DNA of 51,552 nucleotides from contig JAFGPA010000014.1 of assembly GCA_016926175.1 (NCBI GenBank), positions 1 through 51,552 on the forward strand, in the 5' to 3' direction. A model generated the notes under the pieces. It was not told the origin of the DNA, did no database searches, and was given only the letters and a program-made list of their open reading frames with translations. Both the position numbers and the translations under genes were made by a program. The stretch comes from Candidatus Micrarchaeota archaeon (GTDB lineage: Archaea > Micrarchaeota > Micrarchaeia > Anstonellales > Bilamarchaeaceae). Below, one piece after another: positions 26,669-35,033 of this stretch (its first letter is position 1; each line of letters opens with the position of its first letter).

Positions 26669-27169
26669 TTACCAGGGCACTTTTTTCAGTCCTGCCCGGT
26701 TGGCAAGGAAGTTGGCTGCCGGATGCAGTATTATGGTGAGCCCGAAAAAAAATACAAGGTTGAAAGGGCTATAAAGGTCCTGTACAAACGGCCAGGCAAA
26801 AGCGAGCGCGACAATAAGAAATATGAAAGTGTCAGGGAAAAAAGGGCTTCCGGATTCCATTCCAAGCCTTCTCTTCAGGAAGCTTCCCAGGGAATCCCCC
26901 ACAAGTGTTCCAAGGGCCAGCATAAGCGCCCCTGCCATCTGCTGTTCCATGGATGCGAAAAACGGGAGCGGATAAAACCATGCAACTATGATCCCTGCAG
27001 TTGCCCCCGCAAGGGTGCCACCTGCAAATCCGCGGATTGTTTTTCCTTCTCCAAGAATTCTTTTTCCATTTAGCTTTATCCCAAAATCCAGCGGAGCCCC
27101 GCCTCCAAGCACGACAGGTGAGGAGTTTGCAATATATGCAGGAATCAGAAAAACAAGAAGATCAAGCAT
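26669..27169 (-). CDS. carS: CDP-archaeol synthase (CDP-2,3-bis-O-geranylgeranyl-sn-glycerol synthase)
   Basis: PAYIANSSPVVLGGGAPLDFG...GKRILGEGKTIRGFAGG...GDSLGSFLKRRLG. Five or so TM helices. Start taken at MLDLLVF (27169). Confidence 0.8.
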   Translation of the reverse strand: MLDLLVFLIPAYIANSSPVVLGGGAPLDFGIKLNGKRILGEGKTIRGFAGGTLAGATAGIIVAWFYPLPFFASMEQQMAGALMLALGTLVGDSLGSFLKRRLGMESGSPFFPDTFIFLIVALAFAWPFVQDLYSPFNLVFFFGLTIILHPAANFLANRAGLKKVPW

Positions 27170-27220
27170 TATAGTTGATCTCCGGAAAACCTTTTTATTT
27201 GTATCTTGCGGAACAATACC

Positions 27221-28138
27221 ATGCATAATAAACCAGCCAGAAGCAGGCTGATTCTTGAAACCGGGCTTTTGCTTGTTGCTGTATTCCTTGCAATTGTTGC
27301 AATGTTTTTCGTATTTTCAGCATTTAGCACAAATCTCGTAGGAAAGTGTGTTGCTGTTGTTGATGTAAACGTTCCCCTTACCATAGAAGGCGCTCCGCCA
27401 TCCCTGTTTGATGGAGGGATGCCTGGTTCGGAGGAATATGCAGGCATAATACGTTCGCTCAACAAAAGAGATGATGTTGGAGCAGTTGTTTTTGTTTTCA
27501 ATTCTCCTGGAGGATCTGTTGTTGCCACACGCGAAATATACAATGCAGTAAGGGAACTTGACAAGCCAAGCGTATCATATTTCCGGGAAGTTGCTGCATC
27601 CGGTGCATACTATGTGGCATCAGGGACAGACTACATAGTTTCTGATCCAAATGCCCTGACAGGCAGTATGGGAGCCATTGCAACAGTGACATCAATGAGC
27701 GGGCTTTTTGAGAAACTTGGCATAAATGTTACAACTGTGACATCCGGACGCCACAAGGACATAGGCTCGGCATTCAGGAACGTTACAGAAGATGAACGTG
27801 AAATCCTTCAGGCCCTGATTGATGAAGTTTACCAGGAATTCCGGACAGTGGTCCTTGAAAACCGCAGGGCGGCTCTCAATCAGGAAAAGTTTGCTGAAGT
27901 TAGTGACGGCAGGATACTGAGCGGAAGGCAGGCAAAGGAAGCAGGCCTTGTTGATCAGCTTGGATCAAAGCGGGATGCAATAATGAAGGCAGCCGAGCTT
28001 GCCGGAATTGATGCAGAATCCATAGATGATATCCGGGTATGCCCTATCCAGACAAGAGGCTCTGAAGGCGGCTTGTTTTCAGTGGAATCAATTGCAAGAT
28101 ATTTTGGAACCCAGAATCCTGCAATATCATACAAGTGA
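27221..28138 (+). CDS. sppA: Signal peptide peptidase SppA (S49 family, 36K type)
   Basis: N-terminal TM anchor, NSPGGSVVATREIYNAV, ASGAYYVASGTDYIVSDPNALTGSMG, SGRHKD. Confidence 0.82.
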   Translation: MHNKPARSRLILETGLLLVAVFLAIVAMFFVFSAFSTNLVGKCVAVVDVNVPLTIEGAPPSLFDGGMPGSEEYAGIIRSLNKRDDVGAVVFVFNSPGGSVVATREIYNAVRELDKPSVSYFREVAASGAYYVASGTDYIVSDPNALTGSMGAIATVTSMSGLFEKLGINVTTVTSGRHKDIGSAFRNVTEDEREILQALIDEVYQEFRTVVLENRRAALNQEKFAEVSDGRILSGRQAKEAGLVDQLGSKRDAIMKAAELAGIDAESIDDIRVCPIQTRGSEGGLFSVESIARYFGTQNPAISYK

Positions 28139-28142
28139 TTTT

Positions 28143-28463
28143 GTGAAAAATCCCTATGTCATTGGCTTTTTTCTTGTTTTCCTTATTGCCATAATTCTTG
28201 TAATCGACTTTTCTCCCAGGCAATACCATTATCCTGAACCCGAACAGCCAATATGCATTGATGGTGAAACAAAATCCTGCATTGTTGGATCATGCAACGG
28301 AACAATGGCATGCAGAAACGGAAAATGGAGTGTTTGTAAGTGGGAGATATTATGTGAACCCGGTTCGCGCGTTCCATGTTCCTCAGAAGGCTGCTTTAAC
28401 GGAATAAAAATATGCAATGAATGCGGCACCGGATATGGCAACTGTACTCCAATATTGCCATGA
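28143..28463 (+). CDS. Small membrane-anchored cysteine-rich protein (11 Cys in about 70 residues)
   Basis: A GTG at 28143 lies 5 nt after the sppA stop. TM VIGFFLVFLIAIILVI, then C-x8-C-x4-C-x5-C-x7-C-x5-C-x7-C-x4-C-x6-C-x2-C-x7-C. The upstream part of the tracked ORF overlaps sppA and is discounted. Confidence 0.55.
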   Translation: MKNPYVIGFFLVFLIAIILVIDFSPRQYHYPEPEQPICIDGETKSCIVGSCNGTMACRNGKWSVCKWEILCEPGSRVPCSSEGCFNGIKICNECGTGYGNCTPILP

Positions 28464-28551
28464 ACTACGACTTTTTTCATTTTGTGGCTAAAAAATGAAA
28501 AATACGTCCGGACATATGCCTTTTAAATGATTGCTTCTCAAATGGGATATC

Positions 28552-29253
28552 ATGAGAGCATTCATATTCTCTTTAGATGCCTTTATTGCCTTTACCCTTG
28601 CACTGGTGGCCATTTATTCGCTGATATTCTTTTCAAGCGTGCCATCTTCATACTACTACCTTTTGACACAGGGACACTTCCTTTCACGGGATGTGCTCAT
28701 GGCTTTGTCAACTACAGAATGTACTGATGACTATGGGATATGCGCAGCTTCAGGGTCAGTGCTTGACAATATAGCTTTCCAGAAAAACCAGACCTTCCAG
28801 CAGAATCTTATCATGAATACCGTAGGTGGTATGGTTCCTGACCAGTTTGGCTATCGCGTTGAGATAAGTTCTGATAACGGCAATACGTTTTCCCACATTT
28901 ATGATACGGCCGATAATGCAGATGATCCGCATGCAAAAAGAAGCAGTAAGCTTACCGTTTCCTCCCAGGTTGTTGCATTCGGATATTCAGGAAAAGTGCA
29001 CAAGCTTAATGAGTCGCCATACAACTATCTTTCCTGCAATGGGGGCGGCATAATTGACGAAGACCGGAATCTTATTTATTCAGGAGGTATGTCCGGCTGG
29101 GGCATAATAACCTGCGGAATTCTTGAACTGACCGGAGCCGGAGGAGAAACTGAAAGCATCAGCATAGGAAACATTCATCCGGATAATATTTTTGGAGGGG
29201 AAATAGTGCCATCATCAGATGTGAAAATTGTGAAATTCCTGGTATACATATAA
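28552..29253 (+). CDS. Pilin-like protein with class III (type IV prepilin-like) signal peptide
   Basis: MRA|FIFSLDAFIAFTLALVAIYSLIFF: short charged leader followed by a hydrophobic helix. Cys-containing ectodomain. TATA-like cttttaaatg about 25 nt upstream. Confidence 0.6.
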   Translation: MRAFIFSLDAFIAFTLALVAIYSLIFFSSVPSSYYYLLTQGHFLSRDVLMALSTTECTDDYGICAASGSVLDNIAFQKNQTFQQNLIMNTVGGMVPDQFGYRVEISSDNGNTFSHIYDTADNADDPHAKRSSKLTVSSQVVAFGYSGKVHKLNESPYNYLSCNGGGIIDEDRNLIYSGGMSGWGIITCGILELTGAGGETESISIGNIHPDNIFGGEIVPSSDVKIVKFLVYI

Positions 29254-29260
29254 GGTGATC

Positions 29261-30763
29261 ATGATGGACAAAAAAGGATTTTTATTCACCGTAACTGTCT
29301 TCCTTGTGCTCACCTATATCCTTCTTACCATATCGGTATGGGTAAAGGGCATTGAAGCCTCGGAAAGAACATTTGCGGATTTTTACAAGGAATCTACTGT
29401 TGAGCTTGCCATAGAGCAGATAACACCCGAAAAACTTGACAATGTCACCTACATAATAATGAACCGGAATCTTGCAAGGCTTAATGATCATGTTGTTTAT
29501 GGCCCTGTCAGGGATGCTGAAAGCATAGATCTTGTGCTGGGAGACCTGCTTGCCAACGGCTCCACCAACAGTGATTACTTTTTGGACCGGGGAATTCCTG
29601 ACGAATCAAATTCTTCCCTGGCTGCATGGGCATCAAACCTTAATGCTTCACTTCTTGCAATCGGCGTTTATATAAGCAACTTTGAAGTTTCCAGCTTTAC
29701 AGCATCGCAGAGCGATTACAGGCATTTCAATTATTCATTTAACATAACCCTTCATATGAAGGATTTCACAAACACATCTTCAGTTTCAAGGACATACTCC
29801 ATTGAAAATGAAATCGATATCAGCGGTTATGTTGATGCCGCACTTGCAAGAGAATCAGGCAAATATGGCCAGACAATCTACAGGCAATTCTTCTTCCATG
29901 ATTTCTATGGAAGCCCATCGGACATTGAGGCAAATGAAATCCGGGCAAACATATATGGCGGCCAGGGCTGGCTTTACGGTCCTGTTGCACTTGCAAACGG
30001 AACTGCAGATCATATACAGGAAGCGAGAAACATATTCCCTTCAAACCGGGAACAATATATCCTTGTAGGCACCTTTGACGAAATCAGAGGGCTTGGCCAG
30101 GAATTCTACGGGCAGTTCGGAGGCTACATAATAACAGATGCGCCTGAACAAAGTCCGGACAGCTGCGGCCTTGTTGAAAGCAATACCTTTAGTCCTGTGA
30201 TATGTGATGAAAGCCAGCTTGCAATAGGATTCCCGCGGCTGGACAAGCCATTCATAGTGGCCCCTGGATTCAGGGCTGAAAATGCAGAATTGTGCCCTCT
30301 CCTTGATTCAAGCGGAACCCTGTCAAGATGCCTGCTTTTCATAAACAGCTACGGGATTGATGAAGTTTCACAATCCCCGGAAAGAAAAAGATCTGCCGGT
30401 GATTCAGGTATTTATACTGTTGAAATAGTCCGTGACTATGTTATGTGCGGCTATTACACAAACAATGATGCTGCCCCTTCCTTCCTGCAGAGAATGCTTG
30501 ATGATTCCTATTCCCTTTCAAGTGAACACGGAATCGAGACATTTGTTATTGGCAATTACGCATCTGATGCAGAGGTTTTCGATACCCACAGCAGGCTTGA
30601 CAGGGAACTTTACCATGTTGTCGGGCTTAAGATCCGCGGACTTCCAGGATGCAAGAATGCCCAGTCATGCGACGGCAATGAAATTGTCGGAGTATTCGCT
30701 CTCAGTGAGGATCATCTTGACGATTACGGGCTTGAAGAAATAGCATGCGAGGGGTGCGACTAA
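29261..30763 (+). CDS. Large pilin-like / adhesin-like protein with class III signal peptide
   Basis: MMDKKG|FLFTVTVFLVLTYILL N-terminus. Ectodomain of about 470 aa with several N-x-S/T sites and a Cys-rich C-terminal third. A GTG at 29255 is also possible. Confidence 0.6.
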   Translation: MMDKKGFLFTVTVFLVLTYILLTISVWVKGIEASERTFADFYKESTVELAIEQITPEKLDNVTYIIMNRNLARLNDHVVYGPVRDAESIDLVLGDLLANGSTNSDYFLDRGIPDESNSSLAAWASNLNASLLAIGVYISNFEVSSFTASQSDYRHFNYSFNITLHMKDFTNTSSVSRTYSIENEIDISGYVDAALARESGKYGQTIYRQFFFHDFYGSPSDIEANEIRANIYGGQGWLYGPVALANGTADHIQEARNIFPSNREQYILVGTFDEIRGLGQEFYGQFGGYIITDAPEQSPDSCGLVESNTFSPVICDESQLAIGFPRLDKPFIVAPGFRAENAELCPLLDSSGTLSRCLLFINSYGIDEVSQSPERKRSAGDSGIYTVEIVRDYVMCGYYTNNDAAPSFLQRMLDDSYSLSSEHGIETFVIGNYASDAEVFDTHSRLDRELYHVVGLKIRGLPGCKNAQSCDGNEIVGVFALSEDHLDDYGLEEIACEGCD

Positions 30764-31176
30764 TGAAAGGACAATCATCGCTTGAATTGCTTGTTACAGT
30801 CGGAATAGTTATTGCATTCACGGTTCCTGTGTTGTTTTTGCTTTTATCAGCAACCTCTATGGGATATGACGATACTGCAAAGGCGCAGGCAGATGCATCT
30901 TCAAGGTCCCTTTCAGATACAATGAATTCCGTATATTCCCAGGGCCCAGGTGCAAAAAAAGTGGTTCTGCTTAATGTCCCGGCATCAACGCAGGAAATTT
31001 ATGCGGCAGATGGCGAAGTGGTTGTAACAATAAAAACAGGAGCAGGCGAATTCAATGCAGCTTCCCCGACAATTGCCCGGATAAGCGGAGGTTCGCAGAC
31101 ACTTGGGGGCAAAACAGGACTTTTCACATTAACTGTTCAGACAAACGATCAAGGAAAGGTGGAATTAATTGAGTAG
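30763..31176 (+). CDS. Type IV pilin-like protein (class III signal peptide, Glu at +5)
   Basis: MKG|QSSLELLVTVGIVIAFTVPVLFLLL. TAATG overlap with the upstream stop. Confidence 0.7.
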   Translation: MKGQSSLELLVTVGIVIAFTVPVLFLLLSATSMGYDDTAKAQADASSRSLSDTMNSVYSQGPGAKKVVLLNVPASTQEIYAADGEVVVTIKTGAGEFNAASPTIARISGGSQTLGGKTGLFTLTVQTNDQGKVELIE

Positions 31177-31615
31177 GGGACAGGTAGCAACTGAATTCAT
31201 GGTATATACCGCAGTTTTCATGTTTGTGGCAATTGCAGCATTCCTCATCGTGAATCAGCTGCAGACAAACGAAATTCCTTTGCAGCAAAACAAGGTTGCA
31301 AGGGAAATTGGCGAAGGATTCGCTACCGTAACCACGCTCTCTGTGAAAGGCGGGGAAGGATTTTCATACAAGTACGGCGTTCAAAGGACAATCTTCAATA
31401 TTCCATACACCGTGCATTTCCTTGAAAGCAACGTTATCATACTTGAATGGGAAGGGAGCTATGGAAATTACAGTGCATCCTATGACATTCCGCCCTATAA
31501 TTACAGGTTTGAAGGATGCCTGTCTGACAGGAAGTTTGTGAGCAATGAGTGCTCAAGCACATTAATGTTTGAAAATGATGGTGAGTATCTTACCATAACC
31601 CAGGTGAATCAATGA
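31169..31615 (+). CDS. Type IV pilin-like protein (class III signal peptide, Glu at +5)
   Basis: MSRG|QVATEFMVYTAVFMFVAIAAFLIV. TTG start overlapping the upstream gene by 8 nt. Confidence 0.65.
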   Translation: MSRGQVATEFMVYTAVFMFVAIAAFLIVNQLQTNEIPLQQNKVAREIGEGFATVTTLSVKGGEGFSYKYGVQRTIFNIPYTVHFLESNVIILEWEGSYGNYSASYDIPPYNYRFEGCLSDRKFVSNECSSTLMFENDGEYLTITQVNQ

Positions 31616-32097
31616 AAGGACAATATTTCAGTTTTGATGCAATTATCGCTTCGGTGATATTCGTTTTGGCACTTGTTGCCCTCTTGTCATACTGGCACAG
31701 CGTAATGTCTTTCCTGGAGTTCCAGAATGACGCTCTTTCAAAGGATGCCGTAAAAATTTCAAACAACCTCTTCATGCCGTCTGCACCGTCATCCGAGTGC
31801 AACAGAATAGAAAGGCTTGGTTTTGCCAACAGCTGGAACGACAAAAAGCTCAATGAGTCGATACTTACATGCGCAGCAGGTAAAAATATGGAATGGCTGA
31901 AGAACAGGACCGGTGCGTCTTATGATCTTTCCATAAAAGTGGAAAATCTTGCCGACAACTCAGTAAGAGTTATTGGAGGATCTCCGGAGGATGTGCAAAA
32001 TGCCTATGAAGTTGCCAAGCTCAGGCGGCTTGCAACTGTTCAGAAGGCAAACGGAGAAACATACCTGGCTACAGTTGACATCAGCATATACAGATGA
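31612..32097 (+). CDS. Pilin-like protein with class III signal peptide
   Basis: MKG|QYFSFDAIIASVIFVLALVALL, sharing the FS(L/F)DA(F/I)IA motif with the 28552 gene. ATGA overlap with the upstream gene. Confidence 0.65.
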   Translation: MKGQYFSFDAIIASVIFVLALVALLSYWHSVMSFLEFQNDALSKDAVKISNNLFMPSAPSSECNRIERLGFANSWNDKKLNESILTCAAGKNMEWLKNRTGASYDLSIKVENLADNSVRVIGGSPEDVQNAYEVAKLRRLATVQKANGETYLATVDISIYR

Positions 32098-32202
32098 CCC
32101 TGCCGGAGAGATAAAGCCGTCGAATTCCATAAAGTTCCAGCTCTTGGCTAAATCCGGCTTTGAGCCTGTCGGGGGAATTCCACGAATCCGGAATTGAGCA
32201 TG

Positions 32203-32673
32203 TCAGGATGATTCTGCGGTGCAGCACCTGAGATAGTCCATGACTTCCCAGTTGCTTCTTGATTTTGCATCATCAAGAGCCGATCTGCCCCTAAAATCCC
32301 TTGCATTTATATCTGCGCCTGCTGAAACCAATTTTCTTACGGCTTCAAGTCTGCCATATCTTGCGGCATTCATGAGAGCCGTTTTTCCATAGCAGTCTGT
32401 TGCATTCACACAAGCGCCTGCGCCTATCAGCACATCCATGCACCTGAGCTTTCCAAAAAGAGAAGCCTTCATCAGGTGTGTTTCTCCCATGTAATTTCCA
32501 TTGGGATCTATTGCCTTCTTCCTTATAAGTTCTGACAATCTTTCTGCATTGTCATCCAATATTATCGCTTTTATTTCATGGCAGACATTCATGAGAATTT
32601 CATCAGTTTTTGGTTTTATGGAGTTGTTAATTTTTACTGCACTGGATTCCGGTGATCTTGTCTTTGCTCTCAT
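32203..32673 (-). CDS. Ankyrin-repeat protein (about 3-4 repeats)
   Basis: GETHLMKASLFGKLRCMDVLIGAGACVNATDCYGKTALMNAARYGRLEAVRKLVSAGADINARDFRGRSALDDA matches the ANK consensus (G-TALM-A---G-------L---GA--N). Confidence 0.85.
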   Translation of the reverse strand: MRAKTRSPESSAVKINNSIKPKTDEILMNVCHEIKAIILDDNAERLSELIRKKAIDPNGNYMGETHLMKASLFGKLRCMDVLIGAGACVNATDCYGKTALMNAARYGRLEAVRKLVSAGADINARDFRGRSALDDAKSRSNWEVMDYLRCCTAESS

Positions 32674-32719
32674 GAGAAATTATGATGATTAGAATTATTT
32701 ATAAAATAAAAGAAAAAAA

Positions 32720-34108
32720 TTATTTGGATTTTGTTATTATCTCGATGTTCTCAGGCACCTTGTTGACATTGCCGATCTTCAGGCCTACCAGCATTGTTAC
32801 GCCCTGTCTGGAGGCAAGGTCTGCAAGCCTCTGCGTTATGATTCCGTCAAAAACAATCGCATGCACGTCCTTTTCCTCACCGAGAGCTTTGATAACATCC
32901 CTTACAGCGACTTCTTTTACCCTTTCAAGGTTGCTGTTGTAGAATCTTGCCCTCAGGGAGTTTGAAAGCTCCTCAAGCTCTTTCATGAGATCGTCCTTGC
33001 TTACCTTGACAACCTGGGCAGTTTCTGCCTGCCTGGGCGCCCCTTCCTCTTCCCTTCTTTTTCTTACTGATCTGGGCTCCCGTTTCCTTTCTGCTTCTGC
33101 CTCATCAGGCGCTTTGAATTCCCTTTTCCTTTCAGGCTCCGGTTCTGCCTCATCAGGCGCTTTGAATTCCCTTTTCCTTTCAGGCTCCGGTTCTGCAGCT
33201 GCCGGTTCCTGCCGGGGTTCAGGGATCCTTGGTTCAGATCTTCTGTCCTGGAATCTTTGCGGAGGTTCCCTTCTCTCAGTTTTCTTTCCATTCTGCTCGA
33301 AAGGAATCTTGTTTCTGAGGTATTTGATTATCTCTTTTCTTGTAAGTTCCTCAACCTCTGTTCCTGTAGGTGCCCTTGCAACAAAGTCAATGTCAACGCC
33401 GCCCTGCACCAGTTCGTTCAGGATCATATCGCCGCCACGATCTCCATCAAGGAATACAGTAACCTCTTTTTTCTTTGAGATTTCAATAATTGTCCTTGTG
33501 ACCTTTGCCCCGCCTATTGCAGCTACGTTTGTTATGTCATTTTTAAGAAGATTTATGACATCTGCGCGGCCTTCAACCAAAATGACATCATTTGATCTGT
33601 CAATGGACGGCCCTGCAGGTATCCTGTCAGGTCCATATGTTGAAATTTCAGCAGTCTTTACTTCGTCCCTGACCATCTGTGAGATCTCCTTGCTTTCAGG
33701 AATTTCGGTATTAAGGAGGGTCTTGAGAAGATTCTTGGCGCGGTCGACAAGGTGCTTTCTCTTCATGTTCCTTGTATCCTCAACCTTGCTGATCCTAAGC
33801 TTTGCTTCGCATGGTCCTACCCGGTCCACTGTTTCCAGCGCAGCAGCAATGATGCATGTTTCAACCATGTCAAGGCTGCTTGGTATCTTGATGACACCCA
33901 TTGTCTTCCCGCTTTTTGGAGCGAGATCAACCTCTATTCTTCCGATTCTTCCGTTTTTCTGGAGATCCCTGAGATCAAGCTCGTCTCCAAGCAAACCTTC
34001 GGTTTGTCCGAAAATTGCTCCTACTACGTCCGGCTTTTCAACCAGACCTCCAATTTCTACGTCTGTATAAATCAAGTATTTTACAGTATCTATGTATGTT
34101 TTAGCCAT
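32720..34108 (-). CDS. dnaG: Archaeal DnaG-type primase / Toprim protein, with a charged repeat-containing insertion
   Basis: N-terminus MAKTYIDTVKYLIYTDVEIGGLVEKPDVVGAIFGQTEGLLG is typical of archaeal DnaG. Toprim region ILVEGRADV...FLDGDRGGD. Confidence 0.88.
   Translation of the reverse strand: MAKTYIDTVKYLIYTDVEIGGLVEKPDVVGAIFGQTEGLLGDELDLRDLQKNGRIGRIEVDLAPKSGKTMGVIKIPSSLDMVETCIIAAALETVDRVGPCEAKLRISKVEDTRNMKRKHLVDRAKNLLKTLLNTEIPESKEISQMVRDEVKTAEISTYGPDRIPAGPSIDRSNDVILVEGRADVINLLKNDITNVAAIGGAKVTRTIIEISKKKEVTVFLDGDRGGDMILNELVQGGVDIDFVARAPTGTEVEELTRKEIIKYLRNKIPFEQNGKKTERREPPQRFQDRRSEPRIPEPRQEPAAAEPEPERKREFKAPDEAEPEPERKREFKAPDEAEAERKREPRSVRKRREEEGAPRQAETAQVVKVSKDDLMKELEELSNSLRARFYNSNLERVKEVAVRDVIKALGEEKDVHAIVFDGIITQRLADLASRQGVTMLVGLKIGNVNKVPENIEIITKSK
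33097..33192. repeat. Perfect 48-bp tandem duplication inside dnaG (encodes EPEPERKREFKAPDEA x2)
   Basis: Units 33097-33144 and 33145-33192 read identically, and the next 4 nt (ctgc) begin a third unit. In frame (16 codons per unit). Confidence 0.85.
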
Positions 34109-34526
34109 TTATTTCACCTTTCAATTCTTCATAAGCTCTTTTAGCTTCCTCGAAGAACCTTATGTTCAGGAGATGCGCAATATGTTTCCTTTGTTCCAGA
34201 TCTGCACTTATGGAAAGAGACTCAAGCTCGTTTTTTGCCATTATGGCAAGCTGGTTCCCTCTCCGGTCGAGATCTGTGAGGATAAACACTTTCGTGCTTT
34301 TTACCTTATTGCAGCTTTGGCGAAGGTTTCCTGAAATTGTAAGCACATTACGAAATCCCAGCTGTTTCAGGGCTTCCTTATCGCGCTTGCCTTCAACGAA
34401 AACTGTTTCGCCTCTAAGCTCCTCAAAGATTCTTTCTAGTTTCCTTATTTTTTCATCACTTTTCAAACTATTTCCTCCGGGACCGGAAGAGAGAACAAGT
34501 AACTGTGCACTGTTGACCGCCTCCAA
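34101..34526 (-). CDS. Small stand-alone Toprim-domain protein (UPF0292-like)
   Basis: VFVEGKRDKEALKQLG (Toprim Glu) and FILTDLDRRGNQLA (DxD). 141 aa. Its 3' end overlaps the dnaG start by 8 nt. Confidence 0.6.
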   Translation of the reverse strand: MEAVNSAQLLVLSSGPGGNSLKSDEKIRKLERIFEELRGETVFVEGKRDKEALKQLGFRNVLTISGNLRQSCNKVKSTKVFILTDLDRRGNQLAIMAKNELESLSISADLEQRKHIAHLLNIRFFEEAKRAYEELKGEING

Positions 34527-34607
34527 GAGGCCTTTCTTCCCTTTCGGAAAGCAAGTTCCTTCATAGCTTAAAGCTCAGGTGGCCATCCATGCACAGTATC
34601 GGCATGA

Positions 34608-35033
34608 TTACGATAGCGCAGCTTTTTCTTCTATTAATTCCATCACAACCGGGAATATCTTCATGATATCCCCTTCACTTACTATGCCTACGAGCGTGTT
34701 ATCTTGGTTGACTACTGCCAGGCGCTTCACCTTATTGTCCTTCATTGCCTTTGCAGCATCTTCAATGCTACTATCTGGTTTCACTGCCTTGAGCGGCATC
34801 GACATGATTTTTTCTACTTTCAATGACTTCGGATCGACGTCCCTTGCAATTACTCTTCTTACAAGGTCTCTTTCTGTTATAATCCCATGCGCGTGTTTTT
34901 CCGAATCAATTATGATTACTGATCCTACGTGATCCTTTTTCATGATTTTAGCCACATCAAGAGCAGTTTTGCCGAGCGGAACCATTACAACAGCAACTGT
35001 CATAATGTCTCCTACTCTCAAATCTGATCCCAT
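34608..35033 (-). CDS. CBS-domain pair protein
   Basis: VGDIMT...VGSVIIID...GIITERDLVRRV and KIMS...RLAVVNQDNTLVGIVSEGDIMK. Two CBS motifs in 141 aa. Confidence 0.85.
   Translation of the reverse strand: MGSDLRVGDIMTVAVVMVPLGKTALDVAKIMKKDHVGSVIIIDSEKHAHGIITERDLVRRVIARDVDPKSLKVEKIMSMPLKAVKPDSSIEDAAKAMKDNKVKRLAVVNQDNTLVGIVSEGDIMKIFPVVMELIEEKAALS

Noticed and set aside
28026-28142. N-terminal extension of the Cys-rich ORF as drawn in the ORF track
   Set aside because: It overlaps the conserved C-terminus of sppA in another frame. A GTG at 28143, directly after the sppA stop, gives a sensible TM-anchored protein.
32985-34070. 361-aa plus-strand ORF
   Set aside because: It is the mirror frame of dnaG. 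The product is very Ser-rich with no motifs. The dnaG assignment on the other strand is unambiguous.
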